Below are positions 50,352-60,509 of a stretch of DNA of 64,000 nucleotides, piece after piece. Under the pieces are notes generated by a model that saw nothing but the letters and a program-made list of their open reading frames with translations, was not told where the DNA came from and did no database searches. Position 1 is the first letter of the stretch. Every line of letters begins with the position of its first letter. The position numbers and the translations under genes are program-made. The stretch is from Squalus acanthias (lineage: Eukaryota): NCBI GenBank assembly GCA_030390025.1, contig CM059432.1:8742001-8806000 (forward strand). Reading direction: 5' to 3'.

Positions 50352-51124
50352 TGGCAGCCGTGTCTCAGTGGGTAGCACCCTTGCCTCTGAGACAGAAGGG
50401 TGTGGGTTCAAGTCCCACTCCAGAGACTTGAGCCTAAAATCTCAGCCAGTGGTTAGCACTGTTGCCTCACAGCGCCAGAGACCCGGATTCGAATCCGGCC
50501 TCGGGTGACTGTCTGTGTGGAGTTTGCACATTCTCCCCGTGTCTGTGTGGGTTTTCGTCCGGGTGCTCCGGTTTCCTCCCACAGTCCAAAGATGTGCGGG
50601 TTAGGTTGATTTGGCTATGATAAATTGACCCTTAGTGTTAGGGGGATTAAATACGTGGGGTTACGGGGATAGGGTGGGATATGTGTCGGTGCAGGCTCGA
50701 TGGGCCGAAATGGCCTCTATCTGCATTGTGGGATTCTGTGATTCTGTGTGATTCTGTGACATTCCAGTGCAGGGCTGAGGAAGTGCTGCACTGTCGGAGG
50801 TGCCGTCTTTCGGATGAGACGTTAAACCGAAGCATCTGCTCTCTCGGGTGCATGTAAAAGATCCCATGGCACTATTTTGAAGAAGAGCAGGGGAGTTCTC
50901 CCTGGTGTCCTGGGCCAATGTTTCTCCCTCAATCAACATCATTAAAACAGATTATCTGTTCATTTTCACATTGCTGTTTGTGGGAGCTTGCTGTGCACAA
51001 ATTGGCTGCCGCGTTTCCTACATCACAACAATGACTACACGCCAAAAAGTACTTCATTGGCTGCAAAGCGCTTTGGGACGTCCTGAGGTCGTGAAAGGCG
51101 CTGTATAAATGCAAGACTTTCTTC
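50352..51124 (+). mobile_element. Full-length DeuSINE (SacSINE1-like) interrupted by an HE1 SINE
   Basis: tRNA-derived head with A/B boxes (50352-50444), Deu core GCCGTCTTTCGGATGAGACGTTAAACCGA, L2-like tail. Confidence 0.85.
50445..50758 (+). mobile_element. HE1 SINE (V-SINE superfamily)
   Basis: CAGTGGTTAGCACTGTTGCCTCACAGCGCCAG..TGTGTGGAGTTTGCACATTCTCCCCGTG..GGTGCTCCGGTTTCCTCCCACAGTCCAAAGA V-domain; CR1-like (GATTCTGT)n tail. Confidence 0.9.
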
Positions 51125-51697
51125 CTTTGAGGCCAAAGTTTCATGAGAGAAGCGATGTCCTGATTTACATGATGTTGTTTCCTTGGATCACTTATTTTAC
51201 AGTTTTATTGCTTCAAAGCAGTTGGTTTGTTTCACCTTGAAGGAAAAAACTAACTACAACCTGCAGACACATCACCTTTTATCACGCCCAGGGGCACAGT
51301 TAAAACCCACCCAACCAGCAATGACGCTGAAGAATTTTACGCCCTTTGCTTCTTCGGAGGCCAAACTAATGTCTCCTTTTAGTTATGTCCTCATTTTTAT
51401 GAACTCAATGAACTGCCATCCTCTCAGAGGATATGGGACCATACCATGGCAAAGTAATACACGGATACAATCCCCTATGCTTCACACAATAAGTGATTGG
51501 AGGATACACCCAACAGACCAGTGTGCCTCCACTCCTGGAATCCCAATTGGACGATACTTGTTCGAGAAATTATCAGAGTGAGGAGGGGAAGGGATTTTTT
51601 TCCTACATATTCTAGACATGCCTGAAAAAATCTAGCCATGTTAAGCTTTCATCAGCAGAAGACCATTCTGGATCACCATTGATTTAAACCTGCTTGC

Positions 51698-51860
51698 TTA
51701 GGAATATAAGAACAGGAGGAGGCCATTCAGCCCCTCGAGCCTGTTCCACCGTTCAATCAGATCATGCTGATCCGCACCTCAACTCCATTTACCCGCCTTT
51801 TGCTCCATATCTCTTGATACCCTTGCCGAGCAAAAGTCTATCGATCTCAGTCTTGAAAAG
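51698..51860 (-). mobile_element. CR1 3' end (probably the same element as 53731-53944 and 58165-58390)
   Basis: FKTEIDRLLLGKGIKRYG and 3'UTR on the minus strand. Confidence 0.8.
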
Positions 51861-51869
51861 TGTCCAGCC

Positions 51870-53730
51870 TTGTGCAATTGTCGAATTACAGTATGCAGAC
51901 GACGCTTGCGTCTGTGCACACTCGAATGTCGAACTCCAAACCATCGTCAACACCTTCACCGAAGCGTACGAGAGCATGGGCCTTACACTAAACATCCGTA
52001 AGACAAAGGTTCTCTACCAACCTGCCCCCGCCACAAAGTACTGCCCCCCGATTATCAAAATCCACGACAAGGCCTTGGACAACGTGGACCACTCTCCATA
52101 CCTCAGGAGCCTACTGTCAACAAGGGCAGACGTCGATGACGAAGTCCAACACCGCCTTCAGTGTGCCAGTGCAGCCTTCGGTCGCCTGAGGAAGAGAGTG
52201 TTTGAAGACCAGGACCTCAAACCCGGCACCATGCTCATGGTCTACAGAGCAGTAGTGATACCCGGCCTGCTTTCTGCCTCAGACACATGGATAATGTACA
52301 GCAGGCACCTCAAAACACTGGAGAAGTACCACCAACGCTGCCTCCGCAAGATCCTGCAAATCCATTGGCAGGATAGGCGCACCAACGTCAGTGTTCTCGC
52401 TCAGGCCAACATCCCCAGCATCGAAGCTTTGACCACGCTCGATCAGCTCTGATGGACGGGTCACATTGTCCGCATGCCCGATACGAGACTCCCAAAACAA
52501 GCACTCTACTCGGAGCTCCGGCACGGCAAGAGAGCCCCAGGTGGGCAGAGGAAACGCTTCAAGGACACCCTCAAACCCTCCTTGAAAAAGTGTAACATCC
52601 CCACCGACACCTGGGAATCCCTGGCCCAAGACCGCACAAAGTGGAGGAGAAGCATCCGGGAAGGCGCCGAACACCTCCAGTCTCTTCGCCGGGAGCAAGC
52701 GGAAGTCAAGCTCAAGCAGCGCACGTCAACCCAAGCACCCCACACCCACCCGTCCCCTTCAACCACCGTCTGCCCCACCTGTGACAGAGACTGTGGGCTG
52801 GATTTTCATTGACCCGTGGAGTCGGGTTTGGAGGCGTGTGGGGGGTTAAAGTTGCAGATTCAGGGGTCCCGACCCCATCCCGCACCCAACCCCCCTCCAT
52901 GCCAGTTTCGCTGGCGGCGGGTACCCGACCTGTGCTGAGACCCGCCGCCCCGAGGCGAGAAGGGGATTAGTGACAATTAACTGCCTGTTAACAGGTAGTT
53001 AACAGGCAGTTTTTTGCCTAATCCCTATTTTAATGGCTGAAATGTGGGCTTCCCGACAGGTCCCAACCACGCCAAGTTAGCGAGGCGGACCATGGGTCTG
53101 CAGGGGTTGGAGGGGTCGATATGTCCGGTGGGCAGGTGAGTGATGGGTGCATGTGTGCAGAGGTAAGTGTGTAAGGTAAGTGCAAAGTGTGGGAAAAAGT
53201 TTTACTTACCTTAACTTCCTCCTGCAGGTGTCAGCCCTTCAGGTCTCGGGAGTCAGAAATCTCACCGGCACAGAAAGCACAATGGCTGTGGTGCTGTCAA
53301 AAGTTTCAGCCTCTGTTTTCTGTGCTGGAATGATTTCTAACTCAGCCTGAGAGGAAGGACTCAAGTTAGAAGACAGATTGTCAGTGTTTGACAGCTTCAC
53401 AGAGCTGTCAAATGCTGATATTTCATCTCTCAAAAGCTCTTGACAGATGAAATGTCAATCTGTGACATCACCTGTTGCCGGGTGGCCCTTAATTGGCCTG
53501 CTGAGCTCACTGAGCGGGCTCAACAAGGTCAATCAAGGGAAAATACAGTGGGTTGGCCACAAGTCGATGGAGGCGGGTCTACAACCCAAAAAGTGGGATT
53601 CCCGACTCCATCACGACCCCAGTATCAAAATCCAGCCCTGTAGGTCCTGCATTGGACTCATCAGTCACCTGAGAACTCATTTTTAATGTGGAAGCAAGTC
53701 ATCCTCGGTTCCGAGGGACTGTCTAAGAAG
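51870..53730 (+). mobile_element. RTE-clade LINE, 5'-truncated (RT from YADD to the 3' end), split by a MITE
   Basis: VELQYADDACV..GLTLNIRKTKV..AFGRLRKRVF; in-frame stop at 52450-52452; 3' part nearly identical to 35069-35543; ends TAAGAAG. Confidence 0.92.
52795..53638. mobile_element. 844-bp non-autonomous PIF/Harbinger element
   Basis: TIR GGGCTGGATTTT/AAAATCCAGCCC; TGT TSD (52792-52794, 53639-53641). The left ~90 bp is the reverse complement of the right end of 34257-35061. Confidence 0.9.
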
Positions 53731-54257
53731 CACTAGCTTTTAGTGATTTGTGTACATAGACACTTAAATCTCTTTCCTCCTCCGCAGCATCTCGAAGAAA
53801 ATATTCCAATTTATCTGTCTCAGATCCAAAGTGGATGACAACACACTTTCCCACATTGAATTCCATCTGCCATAGTTTTGCCCACTCAGCTAATCTGTCT
53901 ATGTCCCTTTATAACTTCCTGCTCCCATCTACACTACTTACCATGGGGTAAAAATTCAGTTGGTTGCGCCTCCCGTTAGCGCCTTAAGAGGGCGCTAATG
54001 GGGCGCAAAGCCGCTAGCGCCCGGGTGCAGCGATGTTTGCGCCGCTCGGGAACTTAACTAGACATTGTGCGGCGGCGCTAAACTTTACCGCTGCGACCAC
54101 CTGCGCGCGCAGATTGTGACGTCATTCCATGGTGCGACGCCCTTGTGGCGCCCCGGAGCGGAAATTGAGTGGCGCCCCCTGCCTTACCGCCTGGCGCATC
54201 CAACGACCGGAAGACTGGAACGCTATCAATCGCTGTGGGGCTGGTGGGGGGGGGCGC

Positions 54258-54265
54258 TATTTAAA
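54258..54265 (+). promoter_or_regulatory. Putative TATA box of the transposase gene
   Basis: TATTTAAA in a GC-rich context, ~200 bp upstream of the likely ATG. Confidence 0.35.
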
Positions 54266-54459
54266 GGGGGCTTCTTCCTGTCTTTTTCTGTGGTTGACAT
54301 TTTTGCACTACTCGTTCTGAGAGAGAGAGAGAGATGCGGAGAGAGAGAAAGAGAGACTTCTGCATTGAGTCAACGCTTTGTGAGGTAGTTTTGCCTACTG
54401 ATCCTAACTTCGCTGGTACTTTAGTTGCTGTCCTTCATAACTTTGCTTGCAAAGAGACT

Positions 54460-55620
54460 ATGGGGGCTGCACTGAATGGGGGCGTCGTCCTGCTCCAGCT
54501 GAATCGGAGGACACAGAGACGCAGAGAGAGAGTGGCAATGATGGCCAGACGGAGGAGGGCCAACAGGCATATGTACAGGAGAGCTTACCCTCCCAGGGTA
54601 TATCGTGAACAGCTCTCCTACATTCATATGTCTGAGGAGCTGTGTTTGCGAAGGCTGCGATTCAGCAAGGAGGTGGTCACTGAGCACTGCCACCTGCTGC
54701 AGCCAGATCTGCAGCCTCAACTGAGGTCCAGGACGTCTCTGTCGGTGGCAGTGAAGGTCACAGTGGCTCTCAACTTCTATGCTACTGGCTCATTTCAAGC
54801 TGTTGCTGGGGACCTCGCCAATATCTCCCAGTTCGCGGTGCATTGCTGCATCCGGCAGGTCACAAATGCCCTCTTTAAAAGGAGACGAGAGTTCATCTCT
54901 TTCCCCATGACCCCAGACAAGCAGCGTGACCGCGCTCTGGGCTTTGCGAGGATAGCGGGCTTCCCCATGGTGCAGGGCGCCATTGACTGCACGCATGTGG
55001 CTTTGCGTGCTCCACATGAGAATGCCGAGGAATTCCGGAACAGAAAGGGGTTCCATTCCTTGAATGTTCAGTTGGTCTGTGACCACAGACAGCTGATACT
55101 CGCTGTCAATGCCCACTATCCTGGCAGCTGCCACGATGCTTTCATCCTGCGCCAGACTACTGTGGCAGAACTTTTCGAGGCACCGCATCAGCCAGTTGGT
55201 TGGCTTCTCGGGGACAAGGGGTATCCATTGAGCACCTGGCTGATGACACCGCTCCGTACGCCCAACACCCCTGCTGAGCTGCGGTACAACGAGAGCCATC
55301 AAGCTACCAGGAACATCATTGAGCGCACAATCGGCGTGCTGAAGCAACGGTTCCGCTGTCTCGACCATTCTGGAGGAGCCCTGCAGTACTCGCCTGAGCG
55401 AGTATCCAACTTCGTAGTTGTGTGCTGCATGTTGCATAACATGGCAATCGTCAGGACCCAGCCAATGCCACCAGGCCTTGGAGCACCACCAGAGGAGGAG
55501 GAGGAAGAGGAGGAAGAGGACGAGGAGGATGATCATCAGCAGCACCAAGGCGGGAGGGCGGCCCACAATGGTGAAACTGCAAGGGCCGTCCGTCAACGGC
55601 TGATAGCAAGCCGCTTCTAG
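54460..55620 (+). CDS. PIF/Harbinger DDE transposase (HARBI1-like, DDE_Tnp_4 type), ~386 aa, uninterrupted
   Basis: HTH-like region VALNFYATGSFQ..ISQFAVH; catalytic motifs GAIDCTH, PGSCHDAFI, LLGDKGYP, NIIERTIGVLKQRFRCL, CCMLHN; acidic tail. Likely start ATG 54460 (the frame is open from 54334). Confidence 0.93.
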   Translation: MGAALNGGVVLLQLNRRTQRRRERVAMMARRRRANRHMYRRAYPPRVYREQLSYIHMSEELCLRRLRFSKEVVTEHCHLLQPDLQPQLRSRTSLSVAVKVTVALNFYATGSFQAVAGDLANISQFAVHCCIRQVTNALFKRRREFISFPMTPDKQRDRALGFARIAGFPMVQGAIDCTHVALRAPHENAEEFRNRKGFHSLNVQLVCDHRQLILAVNAHYPGSCHDAFILRQTTVAELFEAPHQPVGWLLGDKGYPLSTWLMTPLRTPNTPAELRYNESHQATRNIIERTIGVLKQRFRCLDHSGGALQYSPERVSNFVVVCCMLHNMAIVRTQPMPPGLGAPPEEEEEEEEEDEEDDHQQHQGGRAAHNGETARAVRQRLIASRF

Positions 55621-55932
55621 GGCCCCTGCTGTGGAAATGGCTTCTGCCATTGCTAACAACATCAATGAACCCAGCACGCAACCCCTAAGCCGGACAAGGC
55701 ACCAATGATTCCAAACACCAAACATGTATATTTTGAATACAAAAACTTATTTATTTTACAAACTCTGTGTGTGTCATTTCCTCATGACAAACTCATAGAA
55801 ATAAACACAAAAAAACAGTCATTAACATAACTGGTTCTCACAACCTGGAGATAATGTCCAAAACACTAGACAAAAGTTGGACCACGAACCTCGGCCTTTA
55901 ATAAAAAAATGACCAGCATTTTGTCACACCTC

Positions 55933-56909
55933 CTACTTTTTGCCCTTCGAGGGTGATCTCCTTCCCTTGCGCACTTCCCCCCTTCTAACCCTACTGCCCC
56001 TCCGTAATGGGACCTCAGTGGCTGCAGCAAGGCTGGTGGAAGGCTGCAGATTGTCAGACCCTGACACTGCAGATGCCCCTGAAGGACGGCCTCGACCAGT
56101 TCTGGGCCTGGAGGGCCCGGCTGCAGACTGCACCAACTCTGCATGGGCGGCAGCAGTCTGTCCTACAGGCGGTGGCAAGTGCAGTGGAGAAGTGACAGTG
56201 TTGGCAGCAGGAATGCTGTCATCGTGAGAGAGGACAGCAACTCCCTGCTCGCCCGACACACTGGCACTCCCACGGGGCAGCACTTCAGCATCCGGAGCAA
56301 TCTGCTGGAGCACAGATTGCTGGCCTGCTGCGGCGCGGTGAGAGCCCCGGGGACATGTGAACGAACCATCGAGGTTGGCAGCAGTCAGTGCTCGCGTGGC
56401 CTCAATCTGAGTCTGCATGAGAGCAGTCAGAGATGGGATCATGGCAGTCAGTGACTGAATTGCAGCACTAAGCGTTAGTGTGGCATCCGCCTGTGCTACA
56501 GCGAAGTGCTCCACACTCCTTGCCAGTGACTCAATGCATTCGGGCACCCTTCCCACTGCACCCATGAGCTCAGTGTGTATGCCCACCGCCTGGGTGTTCA
56601 TTTCTGCGATCAGCCGCTCCTCCTCTGCGTCCATTGCAGTAGGAGTCGCTGGTATACTCTCCCTCTGGGGAGAAGGCCCCCGTTCTTCCCTACCCCCATG
56701 GCATTGCTGCAGCCCACTGGGTCCTGGAGCTTCACCCTCATCAGACCCTTCCCCCCTGCTCCCCTCCAGGGAAGGCGTGTTCCCAGTGTGGGCATGGGCT
56801 TCCTCGGGAGAGGGTGGCACTGATGCTCCGGCTTCCTCTTCCTCCTCGGCTGCAGCTTCACTCCCACTGGCAGCTTCAGGGCCCGTCTCCTCAGCTGGTG
56901 AATCACCAT
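55933..56909 (-). pseudogene. Harbinger Myb/SANT-like protein, exon 3 (acidic, coiled-coil-like and basic tail)
   Basis: Acceptor CCCTGCTTTCAG|AT; phase 1 joins in frame to ORF 55933-56820; ends RRGSRVRRGEVRKGRRSPSKGKK* (NLS-like). Spliced total 1377 nt. Confidence 0.75.
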
Positions 56910-57068
56910 CTGAAAGCAGGGAGGTACAAGAGTGGCTTTAGCGTGAGGACAGGGTGGCAGTAAGGGAGGAATAAGTGCAGCGAGTTAGCAAGTTGGATTG
57001 AAAGTGTCAAAGGCTGGTGTTGTGAGGGACAAGTGGAAGGACAGAGGACAAAAAGGTGATGACCTTAC

Positions 57069-57231
57069 CATTGCTGTCCAGAACGGGGTCGGCGTCTCCA
57101 GTGGCGACGGGACCGATCACCCGGCTTGCCACAATCCTGTGGACGCGCTCCTCAAGATCGCTGAGGGGTTGCAGCTGAGGCCGCCCTCCACCTGCCCGTT
57201 GCTGCTGTCTCCTATTATGCGCCAGCTTGGC
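57069..57231 (-). pseudogene. Harbinger Myb/SANT-like protein, exon 2
   Basis: Acceptor TTTTACTTGCAG|GCC; AKLAHNRRQQQRAGGGRP..LSDLEERV (TGGG-like motif typical after this domain); donor G|GTAAGG; 163 nt, phase 0 to 1. Confidence 0.8.
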
Positions 57232-57265
57232 CTGCAAGTAAAAGGACAGCATCTGAGTAAATATA

Positions 57266-57429
57266 CAGCCATGGTCTTGCCTGATGTGCCTCCCATAGGT
57301 GAATAGCCCTTACTGTATGCAGCCATGGTCTTGCCTGATGTGCCTCCCATAGGTGAATAGCCCTTACTGTATGCAGCCATGGTCTTGCCTGATGTGCCTC
57401 CCATAGGTGAATAGCCCTTACTGTATGCA
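57266..57429. repeat. Perfect 54-bp triplication in intron 1 of the Myb gene
   Basis: CAGCCATGGTCTTGCCTGATGTGCCTCCCATAGGTGAATAGCCCTTACTGTATG at 57266, 57320 and 57374. Confidence 0.95.
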
Positions 57430-57569
57430 AAGTGTGGAATGTGTGTGTGTGTTTCATGAAAGGGCCATAGGTGTTGGATGAGTGTTGTGCATTGGGGTTT
57501 TAAGACCCTCTGGCCATAGAGTGAGGTTGAGATGGAGGGATGGAGAGGTATTGAGAAAAAGCCACTCAC

Positions 57570-57806
57570 CCTGACGACCCGAGTGAGGTCGTTGAACTTT
57601 TTGCGGCATTGAACATGGGTCCTGGGCACCATGCTCCTGGAGGAGACGCTCTGAGCCACCTCCCTCCACACTCTTCTGTACTCGCGTGGCAAAGGCCTCC
57701 TGCCACTCTCAGGGAAGAGTATACATCTTCTGCGCTCCACCGCACCAACCAGAGCATCCAAGGCCCGCTCGGTGAAGTGCTGAGCTCGTTCTCTCACCCT
57801 CTACAT
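57570..57806 (-). pseudogene. Harbinger Myb/SANT-like DNA-binding protein, exon 1 (premature TAG at codon 2)
   Basis: GCCAAGG ATG TAG AGG GTG AGA..; F..RALDALV..VERRRCILF..W REVAQSVS..RTHVQCRKKFNDL trihelix/Myb motif; donor AGG|GTGAGT at 57569. Confidence 0.85.
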
Positions 57807-58733
57807 CCTTGGCAGCAAAATGGATTCACAGGTCTCTCCAGGCTGAGATTCAAGGCTGCAATGAGCAGGGTGAGGCTGGGGAGCAAGTTGGCCCCCCCGC
57901 TTTAAGAACTGGCCGGCGCCAGTGTGTCTGTGTTCCCTCGCTAACTGGCAGCACCTGTGCTGCGCTCGCGCGCTGAGTTAGCGCCTCACTGCTCGGCCTT
58001 TGCGCCTTAAGACAGGTGTGCAGCGCCTGATTTAGCGCTCCACTCACCTCCCGGGGCGGTAAAAGTGAAGTTTCCAGTCAGTGGCGATAATTAGCGCCAG
58101 GCGCTAATTTTTGCGTCCAGACGATATTTGCGCCCCAAACGGGGCGTGACCTAATTTTTCCCCCATGTCTCCTAAATTAGTGTCATCTGCAAACTTGGAT
58201 ATACAACTATCTATTCCTTCATCCAAGTCATTAATATATATAAATGACTTGAAAAGCTGAGGTCCCAGTGTAGATCCCTGGGGAGCACTAATTATCACAT
58301 TGCCAATCGGAGAGCATTCCCTTTATCCCTACTCTCTGTCTCCTACCTCCCAACTTATTACCAACCCATGTCACAAGCTCACCTCCAATTCCATGCAAGA
58401 CTACCACTGCCCCACTGCCTTTGTTCTTGCAGGAGAAGGTGACACACAACATGCGAGAGCATGTCACGAATTGAGGAGGGCGAGGACACATACGCAACCT
58501 GTCGCCACTGGAGGAGCAGGTCTTGGAGATGACGGGCAGGTGGGAATACATGGCCCTGGCTGCAGGACACGCCCTCACGCTCACATCTTACCCTCTTTCC
58601 CTTCTCACTTCAATCTCCCAACACACTCTGCATGACATACTGCAGCTACTTTCATCAGCCAATCATCTCTCTCTGCTTACTCTTGATGCTAATAGCTAAC
58701 TCTTGCCTCTCTCTCTCTCTATATATATATATC

Positions 58734-59475
58734 GGCCCAGAAATTGATCTCGCTCTGTTCCCGCGGGGGTAAGGCTTTCCCGCGATCTCTCACCTCGCTT
58801 GTGCTTTTTCAGATCCAGCTCACACGAACTTGATGTTCTAGAGATCAGCTGGGCAGTGCTTGCGTATCCCAGCGGCGTAGTGAATTCGTGCGAGCTGTGG
58901 GATCACGTGACTCAGTTAGAGCCAATGGCAGCACACCATCTTCCATTCATAAGTTTCACATACGTGCTGTGAAATCTATGAATCTTACACCCCCCCAAAA
59001 TGACAGCTAAACCTCAATTAAATAAAAAAAAAACCATCACATTAATAAAATAAGTATAGTTAATTAAATTAACCATTTTAAATAAAAAATTAAATTTTTG
59101 AAAAAATTTAAAATCTTTTAAAAAGTTATAAAAATAAACTTACCTGTCTTTAAAGTCTCTAAAAAAGATATACCTGTTAAAAAATTTTTAAAAAAATACT
59201 TAATTCACTACTTACCTTCTTAAAAGTGGGTCTTACTCCTCCTTTTTACATTTCTAAAATCTTCAGTACTTACCTGCGCGTCCAAAGCATGAAGTGCACA
59301 GCGTGCGCGCAGCCTGTAGCGCGCACGCGAAGCACCGAGGAACCGCCCCCTTTTCAAAAGAGCAATTGCCGGTTTTCAGCGCATGCGCAGGGCATGCAGA
59401 AAACCGGCAATTGGAGTGGGAATACGCGAGAGTACGCAGTGCGTACTCTCACGTCGCGGGATCAATTTCTGGGCC
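58734..59475. mobile_element. 742-bp Harbinger-type MITE with AT-rich core
   Basis: 20-bp TIR GGCCCAGAAATTGATCTCGC / GCGGGATCAATTTCTGGGCC (1 mismatch); ATC TSD (58731-58733, 59476-59478). Confidence 0.9.
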
Positions 59476-59567
59476 ATCATTTCAGGTGCAGAAAATGTAG
59501 AGGATGCTGTGGAAATTCAGGAAGAGGAAGGCAGCTATCCCGAAGGTACAGCGTCACTCAATCTGAC

Positions 59568-59838
59568 CCAATTTTCATCTCTCCACCATTGGCAGCCGTG
59601 CCTTCAGCTGTCTCGGCCCTAAGCTCTGGAATTCACTCGCTAACCCACCCGGCCTCTCTACTCTCTCTCATCCTTTCAGACGCTCCTTAAAGCCTACCTC
59701 TTTGATCAAGCTTTCGGACACCTGCCCAAATATCTCCTTATGTGGCTCGGTGTCAAATTTTGTTTGATAATCGCCCCTGTGAAGCGCCTTGGGATGTTTT
59801 ACTACATTAAAGGCGCTATATAAATGCAAGTTGTTGTA
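59568..59838 (+). mobile_element. L2 LINE 3' end
   Basis: Same sequence family as 46637-46940; tail AAATGCAAGTTGTTGT. Confidence 0.85.
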
Positions 59839-60509
59839 GCAAGCACCAGATCAGAGACTGGTATCATGTGTAGCGGGTAGGCGAGAAGAGGGGTCTTGTC
59901 ACGGTGGATCACTGGGCACAAGTGTGCAGGATGGAGCCGATGGCACAGGAGCCAGCTCACCGGAGCACGAGATCACATACTGGATCTGCTACAAAGGACT
60001 CAGATATTGACCTCAAGAGCCCAGGCTATCAAGGAGAGCTGATGGCGATACACCAGGAAATGTGAAGTGCACTGGCCAGCCTGCCAGCGGGCTTGCACAC
60101 AATCGCTGAGGGCAGGGAGAAATCCAGCTTCAATTTGTGTTGGGGCTAACACTGAGAGGATGGAGCCCGTGCTGTCGGCCATGGAGCGAGTGGTCAGCTC
60201 CATGAACACAGCAGCAGGGCCCACCATGATGGAGCCTCTGCCAACAGGCCTGACAGCTTCCATGACGCTCCGTACTGCTGCCACCTTGGCCCTGGGGTCC
60301 AGCAGGTCCTCTGGCTTTCAAAGCATCAAGCTGAATTGCCTCCTTCGGTGCTGTATGCATCCCGATTTTAATCGCTCCACCGCTGCTGGCTGTGCCTTCA
60401 GCTGCCTGGGCCCCGAGGCTCTGGAAGTCCCTGCCTAAACCTCTCTGCCTCTCTCTCCCTTAACACCCTTGCCTAACAAAAACTTTCAAAGTTTGTATGT
60501 GACGAGCGC

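Larger units (their letters stand above)
53945..58164. mobile_element. Full-length two-gene PIF/Harbinger DNA transposon (~4.2 kb)
   Basis: TIRs GGGGTAAAAATT / AATTTTTCCCCC, short TSD (AT, or CAT/ATG), convergent transposase and Myb/SANT genes, repeated TAGCGCC subterminal motifs. Confidence 0.93.
53731..58390 (-). mobile_element. CR1 RT fragment split by the Harbinger element (parts 53731-53944 and 58165-58390)
   Basis: PQGSTLGPQLF..YINDLDEGIDSCISKFADDTNLG on the minus strand; the sequence rejoins as ACTTACCATGTCTCC when the element is removed. Confidence 0.8.
58433..60355 (+). pseudogene. Relic of a second, older Harbinger Myb-partner gene (exon 2 and exon 3 remnants)
   Basis: After TTCTTGCAG: EKVTHNMREHVTN*GGRGHIRNLSPLEEQV, similar to exon 2 above. 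After TTTCAG at ~59486: acidic GAENVEDAVEIQEEE. LTASMTLRTAATLALG at ~60250 resembles LTALMQTQIEATRALT. Confidence 0.55.

Noticed and set aside
50352..50510. tRNA genes
   Set aside because: The A/B boxes belong to SINE heads that continue into SINE bodies.
51694..52452. 252-aa RT ORF as an intact gene
   Set aside because: Chance fusion of antisense CR1 3'UTR with a 5'-truncated RTE; it lacks the endonuclease and most of the RT.
54334..55620. Domesticated host gene HARBI1
   Set aside because: It lies between TIRs with a Myb partner, inserted in a CR1 fragment, so it is a transposon copy rather than the host orthologue.
54790..55725. 311-aa antisense ORF over the transposase
   Set aside because: Shadow frame of a GC-rich coding sequence; no motifs.
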